From: Candidatus Nanopelagicales bacterium | GTDB lineage: Bacteria > Actinomycetota > Actinomycetes > S36-B12 > GCA-2699445 | Reading direction: 5' to 3' | Assembly (NCBI GenBank): GCA_030700225.1 | Contig: JAUYJT010000061.1 | Coordinates: 39,121 to 103,120 of the forward strand | Length of the DNA: 64,000 nt | In this document: positions 38,127 to 46,857 of the stretch, piece by piece | Layout: the number at the start of each line of letters is the position of its first letter | Position numbering within the stretch: the stretch's first letter is position 1 | Program-made: the position numbers and the translations under genes | Notes under the pieces: model-generated | Told to the model about the DNA's origin: nothing | The model's input: only the letters and a program-made list of their open reading frames with translations | The model's database searches: none

Positions 38127-38974
38127 TGCTTCCCCAGCAACTGCTCCAACAGGCTCCGCTCGCTGACCAGGATGACCCCCTCGAACTCGTCGCTGGACGG
38201 AGCGGGCTCGTCAAGCAGCACTTCGATGACAACCCGCGGCCCTGGCGGGGGATCAAGTGTTCCCATGCCTTCCTGAACTAGGGCGGGTGACAGCGCCGGA
38301 CTGCGATCGGGCCCGATCCGCCCGGCCAGCACAGGCCCGCCGCTAACGGACACGGTCACCGACTGACCCTCAACCACTTTTCCCGCCTCGTCCGGCAGCA
38401 CGGTGATCAGGCCGACGCGGCCGTCATCAACCTTCAGTGACACCTGCGCAAGCCATTCGCCGGTATGTATCGGAGCCCCGGGCGACGAAAGGTAGCCCAG
38501 CAGCGTTCCTTCGACTTGCGAAAACTGGGGCACGGCGCGTTTGCCCGCGATGACATCCGCAACCCGCTGGCCGACGGTGACGCGCTCACCAGGCTTGACG
38601 GCGAAACTGCCGAACTGCCCCTTCGCGCTGGAGGTGACAAGGCCGATGCCGTTGAGTCCGACGACCCGACCCGAACCCGACACGGTGACGTTGCGCGGGG
38701 TGATCGCCGTGTAGGCGATGGCGGCGCCGATCAGGATGACAGCCGAAACAACAAGCAGCCAGATGCGCAGAGACGTCACCGGCAGCAGCTGGTCGAGTCG
38801 GTTGCTGGACTCATTCGCCTCCAGCGCTGCGGTTCGGTAACTAACCGCGAGTGGAGACGACGATGGCGATGTTCGCGATTGCGGCGAAGGGGCTGTCTGA
38901 TCAGCCGGCTGATTCGTGATGAGAAACCTCCCTCTGGCTGGCTTGGCTATCCTCGCCCACAGTAACGCGATCAT
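38123..38974 (-). CDS. short HlyD-family / membrane-fusion-like secretion protein of the bacteriocin exporter
   Basis: YRTAALEANESSNRLDQLLPVTSLRIWLLVVSAVILIGAAIAY (N-terminal motif plus single TM as in NHLM-system HlyD proteins), then beta-barrel-like repeats (VKPGERVTVGQRVADV, VVEGQSVTV). Start trimmed to ATG (complement of 38972-38974). The 486-aa ORF runs antisense through the gcvT remnant and the next gene. Confidence 0.7.
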   Translation of the reverse strand: MIALLWARIAKPARGRFLITNQPADQTAPSPQSRTSPSSSPLAVSYRTAALEANESSNRLDQLLPVTSLRIWLLVVSAVILIGAAIAYTAITPRNVTVSGSGRVVGLNGIGLVTSSAKGQFGSFAVKPGERVTVGQRVADVIAGKRAVPQFSQVEGTLLGYLSSPGAPIHTGEWLAQVSLKVDDGRVGLITVLPDEAGKVVEGQSVTVSVSGGPVLAGRIGPDRSPALSPALVQEGMGTLDPPPGPRVVIEVLLDEPAPSSDEFEGVILVSERSLLEQLLGKQ

Positions 38975-38991
38975 GTCGGCAATGGCTGGGA

Positions 38992-39074
38992 GTCGACATC
39001 CGCGGCAAGGCCGTAGCCGGGCTGCTTGTGCGGCCGCCTTTCGTCGACTCGTCCCCGAAGTAGAGCGGAGTCTT
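38992..39074. repeat. direct repeat copy B = orphan gcvT 3' fragment (23 codons + stop, no upstream gene body)
   Basis: Would encode VDIRGKAVAGLLVRPPFVDSSPK*, against VDIRGKSVAGLLVRPPFVDSSPK* in gcvT. Homology starts abruptly at 38992. Confidence 0.9.
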
Positions 39075-39135
39075 CCCAGGTCGAGGATGGAAGCGGACTC
39101 GCGTACGCACGGGTTGGACGACTTCCTAGCCTCCC

Positions 39136-40578
39136 GTGTTACAGTCCGCCGTGGCTGTCGGCGCGGAGGAATCTCAGGGGCTCCAGCCCTCCGAGCCGGG
39201 CATCGAGTCGGCATGGCTGAACCGCCAGCGGGCTTGGCTTGAGAGCCGAGCGAACATCCTGGGTCTTGTCGGGTTTTGTTTCGCCGTCGGGATCGGACTG
39301 GCAAATCAGCTCGCGTTTGGATTCGCCGGAGATCTGGATCTGCTCGGTAGCGGCCTGACCCTGGCAGTGGCCGGCCTCGTCGCCGGGGCTGGTATCGCGG
39401 TCGCCCTGACTCGCCGCCTCGGCAGGTGGCATCTGGCGATCGCAGCGACGGCCTTCGGCACGACGATCGCGCCGGTGGTGTCGGCCATGGCGCACTCCGA
39501 GCGCGTCTTGCCACAGGCCATCGCTCTAAGCCTCGCCGCCTCAGGCGCAGTTCTCTGCGCGGGTGCGGCGAAGCCCGGCACAATCCGCTCGGTCGCGTTC
39601 TGGACTCTGGCCGCGATCATCTGGGTGAGCCTGGCGTTGGCTGTCGCGAACCTGCTCTTCGGGGGCGAGGCCGCGTTCCGCAACCACTACTACCCCAGAT
39701 ACAGCGAGTACCTGGGACTTCCGGTCCTGTCCGGCATCACGGGACATCAGAACACGTTGGGATTCATCGCGGCCATCGCTCTGCCGGTCCAGTGGGTTAT
39801 CGCGGACGGCAAGTCAGTGATCCGCCGCCGCCTGCGTGCCGAACCTCGAACGCTTCTGCTGGTAGCGCTCGGCCCGGTCGCGACCGCGATCGCGCTCCTG
39901 TGGTCCCAGAGCCGGACGTCGCTCGCGGCCGCCGTCCTTGGCTTGATCGTTGTCTCACTCCCGCTGCGTCGCCTGGCAGGCCGGACTTGGGCGTTCGCCT
40001 GGGCTGGGCTCCTCGCGGTGCTCGCACTCGGCCCGCTCGCGGTTGGTTTGGTCGGCATCACGACCTTCACCGGCCGCGTGGAGATGTGGACCTACGCGTT
40101 CGCGGACTTCCGCGCGAATCCACTCTTCGGCTACGGCTCAGCGTTCATGGGCAGGGACGGCTACTGGCGCGACAAGCCGACGTTCCCCGACCTATTCGGG
40201 GCCCACAACCAGCTCATGGAGATGCTGGGCCGCACCGGAATGATTGGGGCCATTTCGTTCACCGCTATGGCCGTCGTCCTCGCGGTGGCGGCATGGAAGG
40301 TGCACCAACGCGACGGGGGAGTCGCGGCGGCGATCATCGTCGTCTACGCGCTCATTGGCAGCCTGGAGACCCTGATTCCTCTAGCGCAAGCTCAGGCCGT
40401 TGGGCTGAGGGAGGTCTTCACCCCAATGATCCTGGCGCTGGGGTTGATCGCCTCGTCACTGGCGCTCGTCTCGCGTCGCGGGGATGGGAAGGACAATCAG
40501 GACGCGCCCGTCAGCCGGAACGCACCGCACGACGTCGGGCGGCCCGCGCGTAGAAGGCTCCCAGGACAGCCGTCGTGA
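39136..40578 (+). CDS. O-antigen ligase / polymerase-like (Wzy_C) integral membrane protein
   Basis: 480 aa, polytopic. LLWSQSRTSLAA and FGAHNQLMEMLGRTGMIG are typical of the O-antigen ligase family. Start uncertain. Confidence 0.65.
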   Translation: MLQSAVAVGAEESQGLQPSEPGIESAWLNRQRAWLESRANILGLVGFCFAVGIGLANQLAFGFAGDLDLLGSGLTLAVAGLVAGAGIAVALTRRLGRWHLAIAATAFGTTIAPVVSAMAHSERVLPQAIALSLAASGAVLCAGAAKPGTIRSVAFWTLAAIIWVSLALAVANLLFGGEAAFRNHYYPRYSEYLGLPVLSGITGHQNTLGFIAAIALPVQWVIADGKSVIRRRLRAEPRTLLLVALGPVATAIALLWSQSRTSLAAAVLGLIVVSLPLRRLAGRTWAFAWAGLLAVLALGPLAVGLVGITTFTGRVEMWTYAFADFRANPLFGYGSAFMGRDGYWRDKPTFPDLFGAHNQLMEMLGRTGMIGAISFTAMAVVLAVAAWKVHQRDGGVAAAIIVVYALIGSLETLIPLAQAQAVGLREVFTPMILALGLIASSLALVSRRGDGKDNQDAPVSRNAPHDVGRPARRRLPGQPS

Positions 40579-41743
40579 CCGCGTAGCCAAAGAAGGTCCC
40601 GATGGCTCCCGCGATCACGCCCAGGTTTCCGACCAGGGCCAGCAATACGGCTGCGCCAGTGATCACACCGGCCAGCGAAGCCATGGCCACTTCCGCGGTC
40701 CGCCCGTCGAGCACCGCGACTTGGTTCTCCAGCGGCACATACAACGGGATCGGCAGCAAGCTGGCGACAAGGATCGCGGTCATCCAGCCGATGTCAGGGT
40801 AGGTCGGTCTGAACAGGAGCAACGCACCAAGCACGGAGACCGCGCCGCCTGACAGGAGAACCAGCAGGTAGCGGCCCGACTCTGCCGCCAGCCTCGCCAC
40901 GGCGCCGGACACGGACTGGCGAATGATCCGGCCATAGCGGGCCTTGTTGTACTCCGAAACCAGGATGTTCGCGATGTTCGCGAGCTGATAGCTGAGCGCG
41001 TAGACGCCGAATGTCTCGGATGAGACCAGTCCGTACAGGAGGAACTTGTCGAGGTTCGCCAAGGCGCCCTGCAGCCCAGCGGTCAAAACCCACGGCCCGG
41101 ACCTCCGCGTGGTCGCGACTCCATCCCTGACTGTCTGGCGAGAGGGAACGCGCAGTCCCGCGAGACCGATGCGGCGGATCGCGAAGATGATCACGATCGC
41201 GGCCTGAGCCACGTCACCCGAGACCCACAGCCACAAGACATCCAGCGACGACCCCGAACCGACAACGATCAGGGCCGCGATGCGCAGTAGGCCGGCGGCG
41301 AGGAAGGGAATGAACACGAACTCGATCAACGCCCTCTTGTCGTGTCTGATTCGCGCCCGGCCCAGCACTGGCATCTGGCACAGCCCCAGAACTACCGCGG
41401 AACCGATCATCACAGCCCACTGCCAGAAGGGGAAACCAACCAGGATCGCGAATCCGGCGAAGCACAGCCCGGCCAGTGCCGCCACCGGCAACGCGACGAA
41501 CCAGGCGGGGGCCAAGGGCCTGGGCGGGCGCCCGTCCAGGCGCCTGCGTTCCTCGTAGATCGCGGTGAACTCCAGTCCGCCGCTCGACAGCAGAGTCAGC
41601 CAGGCACTCGCGACCGCCAGCATCGCCACCTGGGCGAACTCGCCGGGACCGATCTGGCTAGCGAAAAGAAGCAAAGCCAGAAAAGGCATGCCGCGCGTCA
41701 CGCCGCCGGCGCCGAGGCTTGCCGCGTACCACGTCATCCGCAC
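40511..41743 (-). CDS. polysaccharide flippase-like (Wzx/MOP superfamily) membrane protein
   Basis: 410 aa, about 12 predicted TM segments, no soluble domain. Lies among glycan-synthesis genes. Confidence 0.55.
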   Translation of the reverse strand: MRMTWYAASLGAGGVTRGMPFLALLLFASQIGPGEFAQVAMLAVASAWLTLLSSGGLEFTAIYEERRRLDGRPPRPLAPAWFVALPVAALAGLCFAGFAILVGFPFWQWAVMIGSAVVLGLCQMPVLGRARIRHDKRALIEFVFIPFLAAGLLRIAALIVVGSGSSLDVLWLWVSGDVAQAAIVIIFAIRRIGLAGLRVPSRQTVRDGVATTRRSGPWVLTAGLQGALANLDKFLLYGLVSSETFGVYALSYQLANIANILVSEYNKARYGRIIRQSVSGAVARLAAESGRYLLVLLSGGAVSVLGALLLFRPTYPDIGWMTAILVASLLPIPLYVPLENQVAVLDGRTAEVAMASLAGVITGAAVLLALVGNLGVIAGAIGTFFGYAVTTAVLGAFYARAARRRAVRSG

Positions 41744-41781
41744 AGCGACCCTTTCTCCCGCTCCCGCAGTCGTTCGCGCCG

Positions 41782-42738
41782 CTAGTCCGTGCGGTTCGCC
41801 CCCGCCAGGCTACGGACCCAGGACCTACTCCGGAAGCGTTCCCGGACGGCTGCGACGCAGCCCCTAGCAACCGTCAAGATCCCGCGCGAATAGCGCTCAT
41901 TCGTTCGACGGAAGTCAGTGGCCCACCTCCACAAGAATTCCAGGTGGATTCGCAGCAGCCACCTAGGTGCGCGACTCTGCTCGCCAGAGAGCAGGCGGAA
42001 CCAACCCCCGCAGCTGATCACAAGGGCTGGGGGAAGTTCGTCGCGCCAGCGTTGCGCCCAGAACGCCTCCAAGGGCATGCCCAATCCGACAAAGACCAGA
42101 TCCGGTTCCGCGCGGCACAACTCCTGAAGCACAGATGTCCAGTCGTCGTGGAATCCATGTGCGGTGAAGACCGGGCATACACAGTGGGAACTGACCAGGG
42201 CCTCCACCCCCGCCTCAGCGCTGCCTGGAGGACCACCAATGAGGGCGACACGGGGCGGACGGCCCCAGCGCTCGGCGAAGGCTTCGAGGAGCTTCGGAGC
42301 GAGATCGGTGGTTGGCATGGGCGCGATCGCTCGCGCTCCAGCGAGCTTGGCGATGATCGCGACTGAGACCCCGTCAGCGTGCAGGTAGTCAGCTTCCGCG
42401 AGCGCGGCTCGCACGCCGGGTTGTTCGATCGAGTTCAGCGCGGTGATGTGCATGGCAAGCACTGTCCGGCACTCTCGACGCTCCTCGAAGTCCGCGAGGG
42501 CCCTGGTGACGAGATCCGTGGGCGCTTCGTCGCTGAGTTCGATGCCGAAAACCGGGACCGTCGGGACACTGTGACGCGGGACGCTCAGGAGGATCTCCGG
42601 GTACTTCACCGAGATTTCGTCCGATCCAGTCTCGGGGCCGTCCCAGACAACGTCGAGGAGGTCGTCCCGGACGAGTGACAGAACGGGGTCCGGCGCCTGG
42701 TCCGCTCGCTCAGTTGCCACTTCGCCCCAAGTCATCAT
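41782..42738 (-). CDS. WecG/TagA/CpsF-family glycosyltransferase (GT26)
   Basis: 318 aa. ADYLHADGVSVAIIAKL, RVALIGGPPGSAE, LVFVGLGMPLEAFWA, GGWFRLLSGEQSRAPRW. Confidence 0.75.
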   Translation of the reverse strand: MMTWGEVATERADQAPDPVLSLVRDDLLDVVWDGPETGSDEISVKYPEILLSVPRHSVPTVPVFGIELSDEAPTDLVTRALADFEERRECRTVLAMHITALNSIEQPGVRAALAEADYLHADGVSVAIIAKLAGARAIAPMPTTDLAPKLLEAFAERWGRPPRVALIGGPPGSAEAGVEALVSSHCVCPVFTAHGFHDDWTSVLQELCRAEPDLVFVGLGMPLEAFWAQRWRDELPPALVISCGGWFRLLSGEQSRAPRWLLRIHLEFLWRWATDFRRTNERYSRGILTVARGCVAAVRERFRSRSWVRSLAGANRTD

Positions 42739-42816
42739 TCATCGCGGGACGCCATCAAAGAGTTCCGGTCCCTCCCGGGATTCTACGATCAGCGCGCGAG
42801 AGTCGTGCTGTCCCGG

Positions 42817-43551
42817 TCACTCCTCGAGTCTGGCGGAGAGCTGCTTGGCCGCAGCGACAGTAGCCGGCCCCCAGCGCTTGCCGGGCGAGCGCCCGATGCG
42901 CTCGATCGGGCCGGAAACGCTGATCGCGGCGAGTACGCGGCCCGCAGGGCCGAACACCGGCGCGGACACCGATGCGACACCTTGCTCGCGCTCGGCCACA
43001 CTCTGCGCCCACCCGCGTTCGCGGACCTGGGCCAGGGCGTCGAAGTTGAAGGCCGCGTCCGCCAGAAACCGTTCCTGGACACTCGCGGATTCCCAGGCCA
43101 GTAGGACCTGAGCTGCGGACCCAGCGAGCAACGTCATCGACGCGCCCAGCGGAACGGTGTCCCTCAGCCCGGACGGCAGGTCGGCGACGGCGACGCAGAG
43201 GCGTCTCCCCGCGCGGCGCCGGTAGAGCTGTGCGCTCTCGCCAGTAGTGTCCCGCAGCCCTTCGAGGACAGGCCGAGCCACAGCGACCAGGCGGTCCGCG
43301 ACGGCTGAGGCCGCGAGTTGGCTGATGCGCGCCCCCAGGATGAATCTGCCGTCGGAGTCGCGCCCGGCCATCCCGTGGGACTCCAGCGCCACTGCGAGCC
43401 TGTGCGCGGTGGGGCGGGTCAGCCCCGTTTCGTGCGTAAGGTCCGACAAGTCGTGAGGGCCAAGTTCAAGGGCGTCCAGGATCCGCTGCGTCTTGTCCAG
43501 CACGCCGACTCTGCTAGCATGGTCCACGATGTGAGCATAGCATCTCACCAT
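42817..43551 (-). CDS. IclR-family transcriptional regulator (LtbR-like, divergent from leuCD)
   Basis: [41 protein letters not shown], then an IclR effector domain. Divergent from leuC as in other actinobacteria. Start ambiguous (43581, 43551 or GTG 43527). Confidence 0.8.
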   Translation of the reverse strand: MVRCYAHIVDHASRVGVLDKTQRILDALELGPHDLSDLTHETGLTRPTAHRLAVALESHGMAGRDSDGRFILGARISQLAASAVADRLVAVARPVLEGLRDTTGESAQLYRRRAGRRLCVAVADLPSGLRDTVPLGASMTLLAGSAAQVLLAWESASVQERFLADAAFNFDALAQVRERGWAQSVAEREQGVASVSAPVFGPAGRVLAAISVSGPIERIGRSPGKRWGPATVAAAKQLSARLEE

Positions 43552-43628
43552 GTGAGATCGCCGGAATGAGTCAGGCGTCATCAGAAGACGGCGGGTTGGA
43601 CTCCGGCGGCACGGCTAGGAGGCAGAGC

Positions 43629-45035
43629 ATGGGACGAACTCTGGCGGAGAAGGTGTGGGACTCCCACGTCGTGGGGGAGCGCTCTGGCGGCCCGGATCTT
43701 CTGTACATCGACCTGCACCTGGTCCACGAGGTCACCAGTCCGCAGGCCTTTGACGGGCTTCGCATGGCAGGGCGTCGAGTCCGACGGCCGGACCTCACCG
43801 TGGCCACCGAGGACCACAACGTCCCAACCAGCGACATCGACAAACCGATCGCCGACCCCGTCAGCCGTGCGCAAGTCGAAGCGCTACGGGCGAACTGCGC
43901 TGAGTTCGGTGTCCCCCTGTACTCCCTCGGCGACGTCGAGCAAGGCATCGTGCACGTTGTCGGCCCCCAGCTTGGCCTGACCCAGCCGGGCATGACCGTA
44001 GTCTGCGGCGACTCGCACACTTCCACGCACGGAGCGTTCGGCGCGCTGGCGTTGGGCATCGGAACCAGCGAGGTTGAGCACGTACTGGCGACGCAGACTC
44101 TGTCGCTGAAGCCCTTCAAGACGATGTCGATCACCGTAAGGGAGGAGTTGCCGCAAGGCGTCACCGCCAAGGACCTGATCCTGGCCACGATCGCTCAGAT
44201 CGGTACTGGCGGGGCACAGGGCCACGTCATCGAGTATCGCGGCCCGGCGATCCGTTCTCTGACGATGGAAGAGCGGATGACCGTGTGCAATATGTCGATC
44301 GAGGCCGGGGCTCGCGCGGGGATGATCGCCCCGGACGAAACGACCTTCGACTACCTCAAGGGCCGGCCCCGCGCGCCCACGGGGGATCAGTGGGACAAGG
44401 CGGTTGAGTACTGGCGATCTCTGGCAAGCGATGACGATGCTCAGTTCGACACCGAAGTCGTCGTCGACGCCTCGCGTCTCGAGCCGTTCGTCACGTGGGG
44501 CACGAACCCAGGTCAGGGACTGCCGCTGTCGGGACGCGTTCCGGATCCATTCGACTTCGATGACGAGGGCGAGAGGATGGCGACTGAGCGGGCGTTGGAC
44601 TACATGGGTCTGGCCCCTGGCACTCCACTTCGTCAGATCGGCGTCGACGTCGTCTTCGTTGGGTCATGCACGAACGGGCGAATAGAGGATCTTAGGGCCG
44701 CTGCCAACGTGATGCGCGGCCGCGAAGTTGCCCCCGGAGTGCGCATGCTGGTTGTGCCGGGTTCGGTGCGCGTGAAACAGCTCGCCGAAGCCGAAGGACT
44801 GGGGGAGGTGTTCATCGCGGCGGGCGCCGAATGGAGGGAAGCTGGTTGTTCGATGTGCCTGGCCATGAACCCGGACAAGCTGGCTCCCGGCCAACGATGC
44901 GCATCGACGTCCAACCGGAACTTCGAGGGCCGACAGGGTCCCGGTGGGCGGACCCACCTAGTGTCACCGCAAGTCGCCGCTGCCACGGCTGTCAAGGGGA
45001 CGTTCGCATCACCCGAGGATCTGGTACGGGACTAG
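43629..45035 (+). CDS. leuC: 3-isopropylmalate dehydratase large subunit
   Basis: [15 protein letters not shown].., [33 protein letters not shown]. Start trimmed to ATG 43629. Confidence 0.95.
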   Translation: MGRTLAEKVWDSHVVGERSGGPDLLYIDLHLVHEVTSPQAFDGLRMAGRRVRRPDLTVATEDHNVPTSDIDKPIADPVSRAQVEALRANCAEFGVPLYSLGDVEQGIVHVVGPQLGLTQPGMTVVCGDSHTSTHGAFGALALGIGTSEVEHVLATQTLSLKPFKTMSITVREELPQGVTAKDLILATIAQIGTGGAQGHVIEYRGPAIRSLTMEERMTVCNMSIEAGARAGMIAPDETTFDYLKGRPRAPTGDQWDKAVEYWRSLASDDDAQFDTEVVVDASRLEPFVTWGTNPGQGLPLSGRVPDPFDFDDEGERMATERALDYMGLAPGTPLRQIGVDVVFVGSCTNGRIEDLRAAANVMRGREVAPGVRMLVVPGSVRVKQLAEAEGLGEVFIAAGAEWREAGCSMCLAMNPDKLAPGQRCASTSNRNFEGRQGPGGRTHLVSPQVAAATAVKGTFASPEDLVRD

Positions 45036-45045
45036 GGAGCAAGCG

Positions 45046-45666
45046 ATGGATGAATTCACCGTCCACGTCGGGACCGGCGCGCCGTTGAGGCGCAGCTATG
45101 TCGATACCGACCAGATCATTCCGGCGGAGTATCTGAAGAGGATCACCAAGACCGGATTCGCCGACGGGCTCTTCGCGGCCTGGCGGCTAGATCCGGACTT
45201 CGTGCTGAACAAGCCGGAATTCGCGGCAGCGACGATCCTCGTCGCTGGTTCGGACTTCGGCACTGGGTCTTCACGTGAGCACGCTGTGTGGGCACTTCAG
45301 GATTACGGTTTCCGGGTCGTGATCTCTTCCCGGTTCGCTGACATCTTCAGGGGCAACGCCGGGAAGAACGGACTGCTACCGGCGATCGTCGAAGCTGACG
45401 CGGTCGAGCGCCTGTGGCAGCTGATCGAGGCGGATCCGCTGCTTGAGATCGAGGTCGACCTCGACGCGCGGACGATTCGCGCTGGGGTGGGGGACCCCCA
45501 GCGAAGTGGGGGAGAGGTCATCGAATTCCAGGTGGACGCCGACATTCGGCAGCGCCTCCTGAGCGGCCTGGACGACATCGCCGCGACGTTGGAGCTGGGG
45601 GCTTCGATCAGTGAGTTCGAGTCAACTAGGCCTGAGTTCATGCCGACGACGACCCTGGCGACTTGA
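45046..45666 (+). CDS. leuD: 3-isopropylmalate dehydratase small subunit
   Basis: 206 aa. [30 protein letters not shown]. Confidence 0.93.
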   Translation: MDEFTVHVGTGAPLRRSYVDTDQIIPAEYLKRITKTGFADGLFAAWRLDPDFVLNKPEFAAATILVAGSDFGTGSSREHAVWALQDYGFRVVISSRFADIFRGNAGKNGLLPAIVEADAVERLWQLIEADPLLEIEVDLDARTIRAGVGDPQRSGGEVIEFQVDADIRQRLLSGLDDIAATLELGASISEFESTRPEFMPTTTLAT

Positions 45667-45753
45667 GCAAATCGGCGTGGCGTTCGCATTGGCCCGCACT
45701 CTCCACTAGGGTTCGCTGAAGCGGACTACCGCCGCTCACAAGGGAGGGATCCT

Positions 45754-46080
45754 GTGAACAGGGCTGAGTTGATCGACGCGCTGGCCGAGCGTCTAGAGAA
45801 AGGCCGCAAGGAAGCGTCAGAGACGCTTGACGCAGTACTAGATGAGATCAAGAAGGCTGTAGCTGCCGGCGAGAAGGTTTCGCTTGGCGGTTTCGGGGTT
45901 TTCGAGAACCTCGCCCGTACAGCTCGCGACCCCCAGACGGGGGAGGCTGTGAAGCTCAAGGCTCAGGAGATTCTGAAGTTCAGGCCGGGCGCGGATTTCA
46001 AGGCGCTCGTGGCGAGCGCGCAGAAGGCAGTCGCGGATCGGATCGCGGCGGCGAAGAAGGCCCCGGCGAAGAAGGCCTGA
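45754..46080 (+). CDS. hup: HU-family nucleoid-associated DNA-binding protein with short Ala/Lys tail
   Basis: MNRAELIDALAE..VSLGGFGVFE..RTARDPQTGEAV..FRPGADFK, tail AAAKKAPAKKA. GTG start. Confidence 0.9.
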   Translation: MNRAELIDALAERLEKGRKEASETLDAVLDEIKKAVAAGEKVSLGGFGVFENLARTARDPQTGEAVKLKAQEILKFRPGADFKALVASAQKAVADRIAAAKKAPAKKA

Positions 46081-46087
46081 TCTGGCG

Positions 46088-46738
46088 TCAGCTGGGGTCG
46101 ACAAGTCCCAGCGCGCGCGCAAAGGCTGAGGTCTGTGTTCCTGCGCCGCTGACGACTGCGGCGCGCAGGTGCGCAAGGGTGTCGACGTCGCGGCGCAAAC
46201 GTTGCCATCGGTCATCAACGAGTTCAATGGCGCCCGTGTCTGCGTGCGTTGCGCGCGAGCGGCGGCCCATGCTGGGTCTCAGTCCTGCGGGGTTTCGGGA
46301 TCCCAGCATCACGGTCCCAATCGAGTCAGCGTCCGGCACGAACCAGCGCTCCTGGTCGCCTGCCCGATTCAGGATGGCATCGAGTTGTTCTCCGCTGGCG
46401 CATGGAATGTCCGCCACCATCACTGCCACCGGGCCGCACAGCCCGGCTTGCTTGATCGCCGACGTGATGGCTTGGTTCACTCCGCGATCGTCGTCTTGCA
46501 GGATCAGCTTGATCTTGTTGTCCAGAAGATCCGACAGCATGGTCTCTGCGGAGACGACTACCACTTCGCCGATCAGACAGGATTCTCGACAGGCGGCCAG
46601 GACATCCAACAGCAGGGCTCTAGCCAGATCGGCGCGTACTGACGGCGGTGCTTGGAGCCGGGTCTTGGCCCGCGCGAATGTCTTGACGGGTATAACTGCA
46701 GACCGCTGCGCGGCCTCGGAAGCGGAGTCTGGTGGCAT
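46088..46738 (-). CDS. cofC: 2-phospho-L-lactate / phosphoenolpyruvate guanylyltransferase (F420 biosynthesis)
   Basis: 216 aa. AVIPVKTFARAKTRL, ARALLLDVL, VMVADIPC. Conserved position between hup and plsC/gpsA. Confidence 0.75.
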   Translation of the reverse strand: MPPDSASEAAQRSAVIPVKTFARAKTRLQAPPSVRADLARALLLDVLAACRESCLIGEVVVVSAETMLSDLLDNKIKLILQDDDRGVNQAITSAIKQAGLCGPVAVMVADIPCASGEQLDAILNRAGDQERWFVPDADSIGTVMLGSRNPAGLRPSMGRRSRATHADTGAIELVDDRWQRLRRDVDTLAHLRAAVVSGAGTQTSAFARALGLVDPS

Positions 46739-46857
46739 TTCGTTTCGTGGATTCTCCGTTTCCAGCGGTCTTGATGATCAAGATAGTGGTCAATCGCGTC
46801 GACACCCGGCGTCGCTAGGGCGAGGATAGGCGCACAGCACAGGGAAAGGCGTTTGCG

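Larger units (their letters stand above)
29081..38991. mobile_element. putative horizontally acquired island (lanthipeptide gene cluster) bounded by the gcvT-3' direct repeat; no mobility genes seen
   Basis: Everything between the two 83-bp repeat copies belongs to one functional system (lanA1, lanA2, lanM, 2 ABC, HlyD-like). Core-genome genes resume outside. No integrase or transposase ORF was recognised. Confidence 0.55.
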
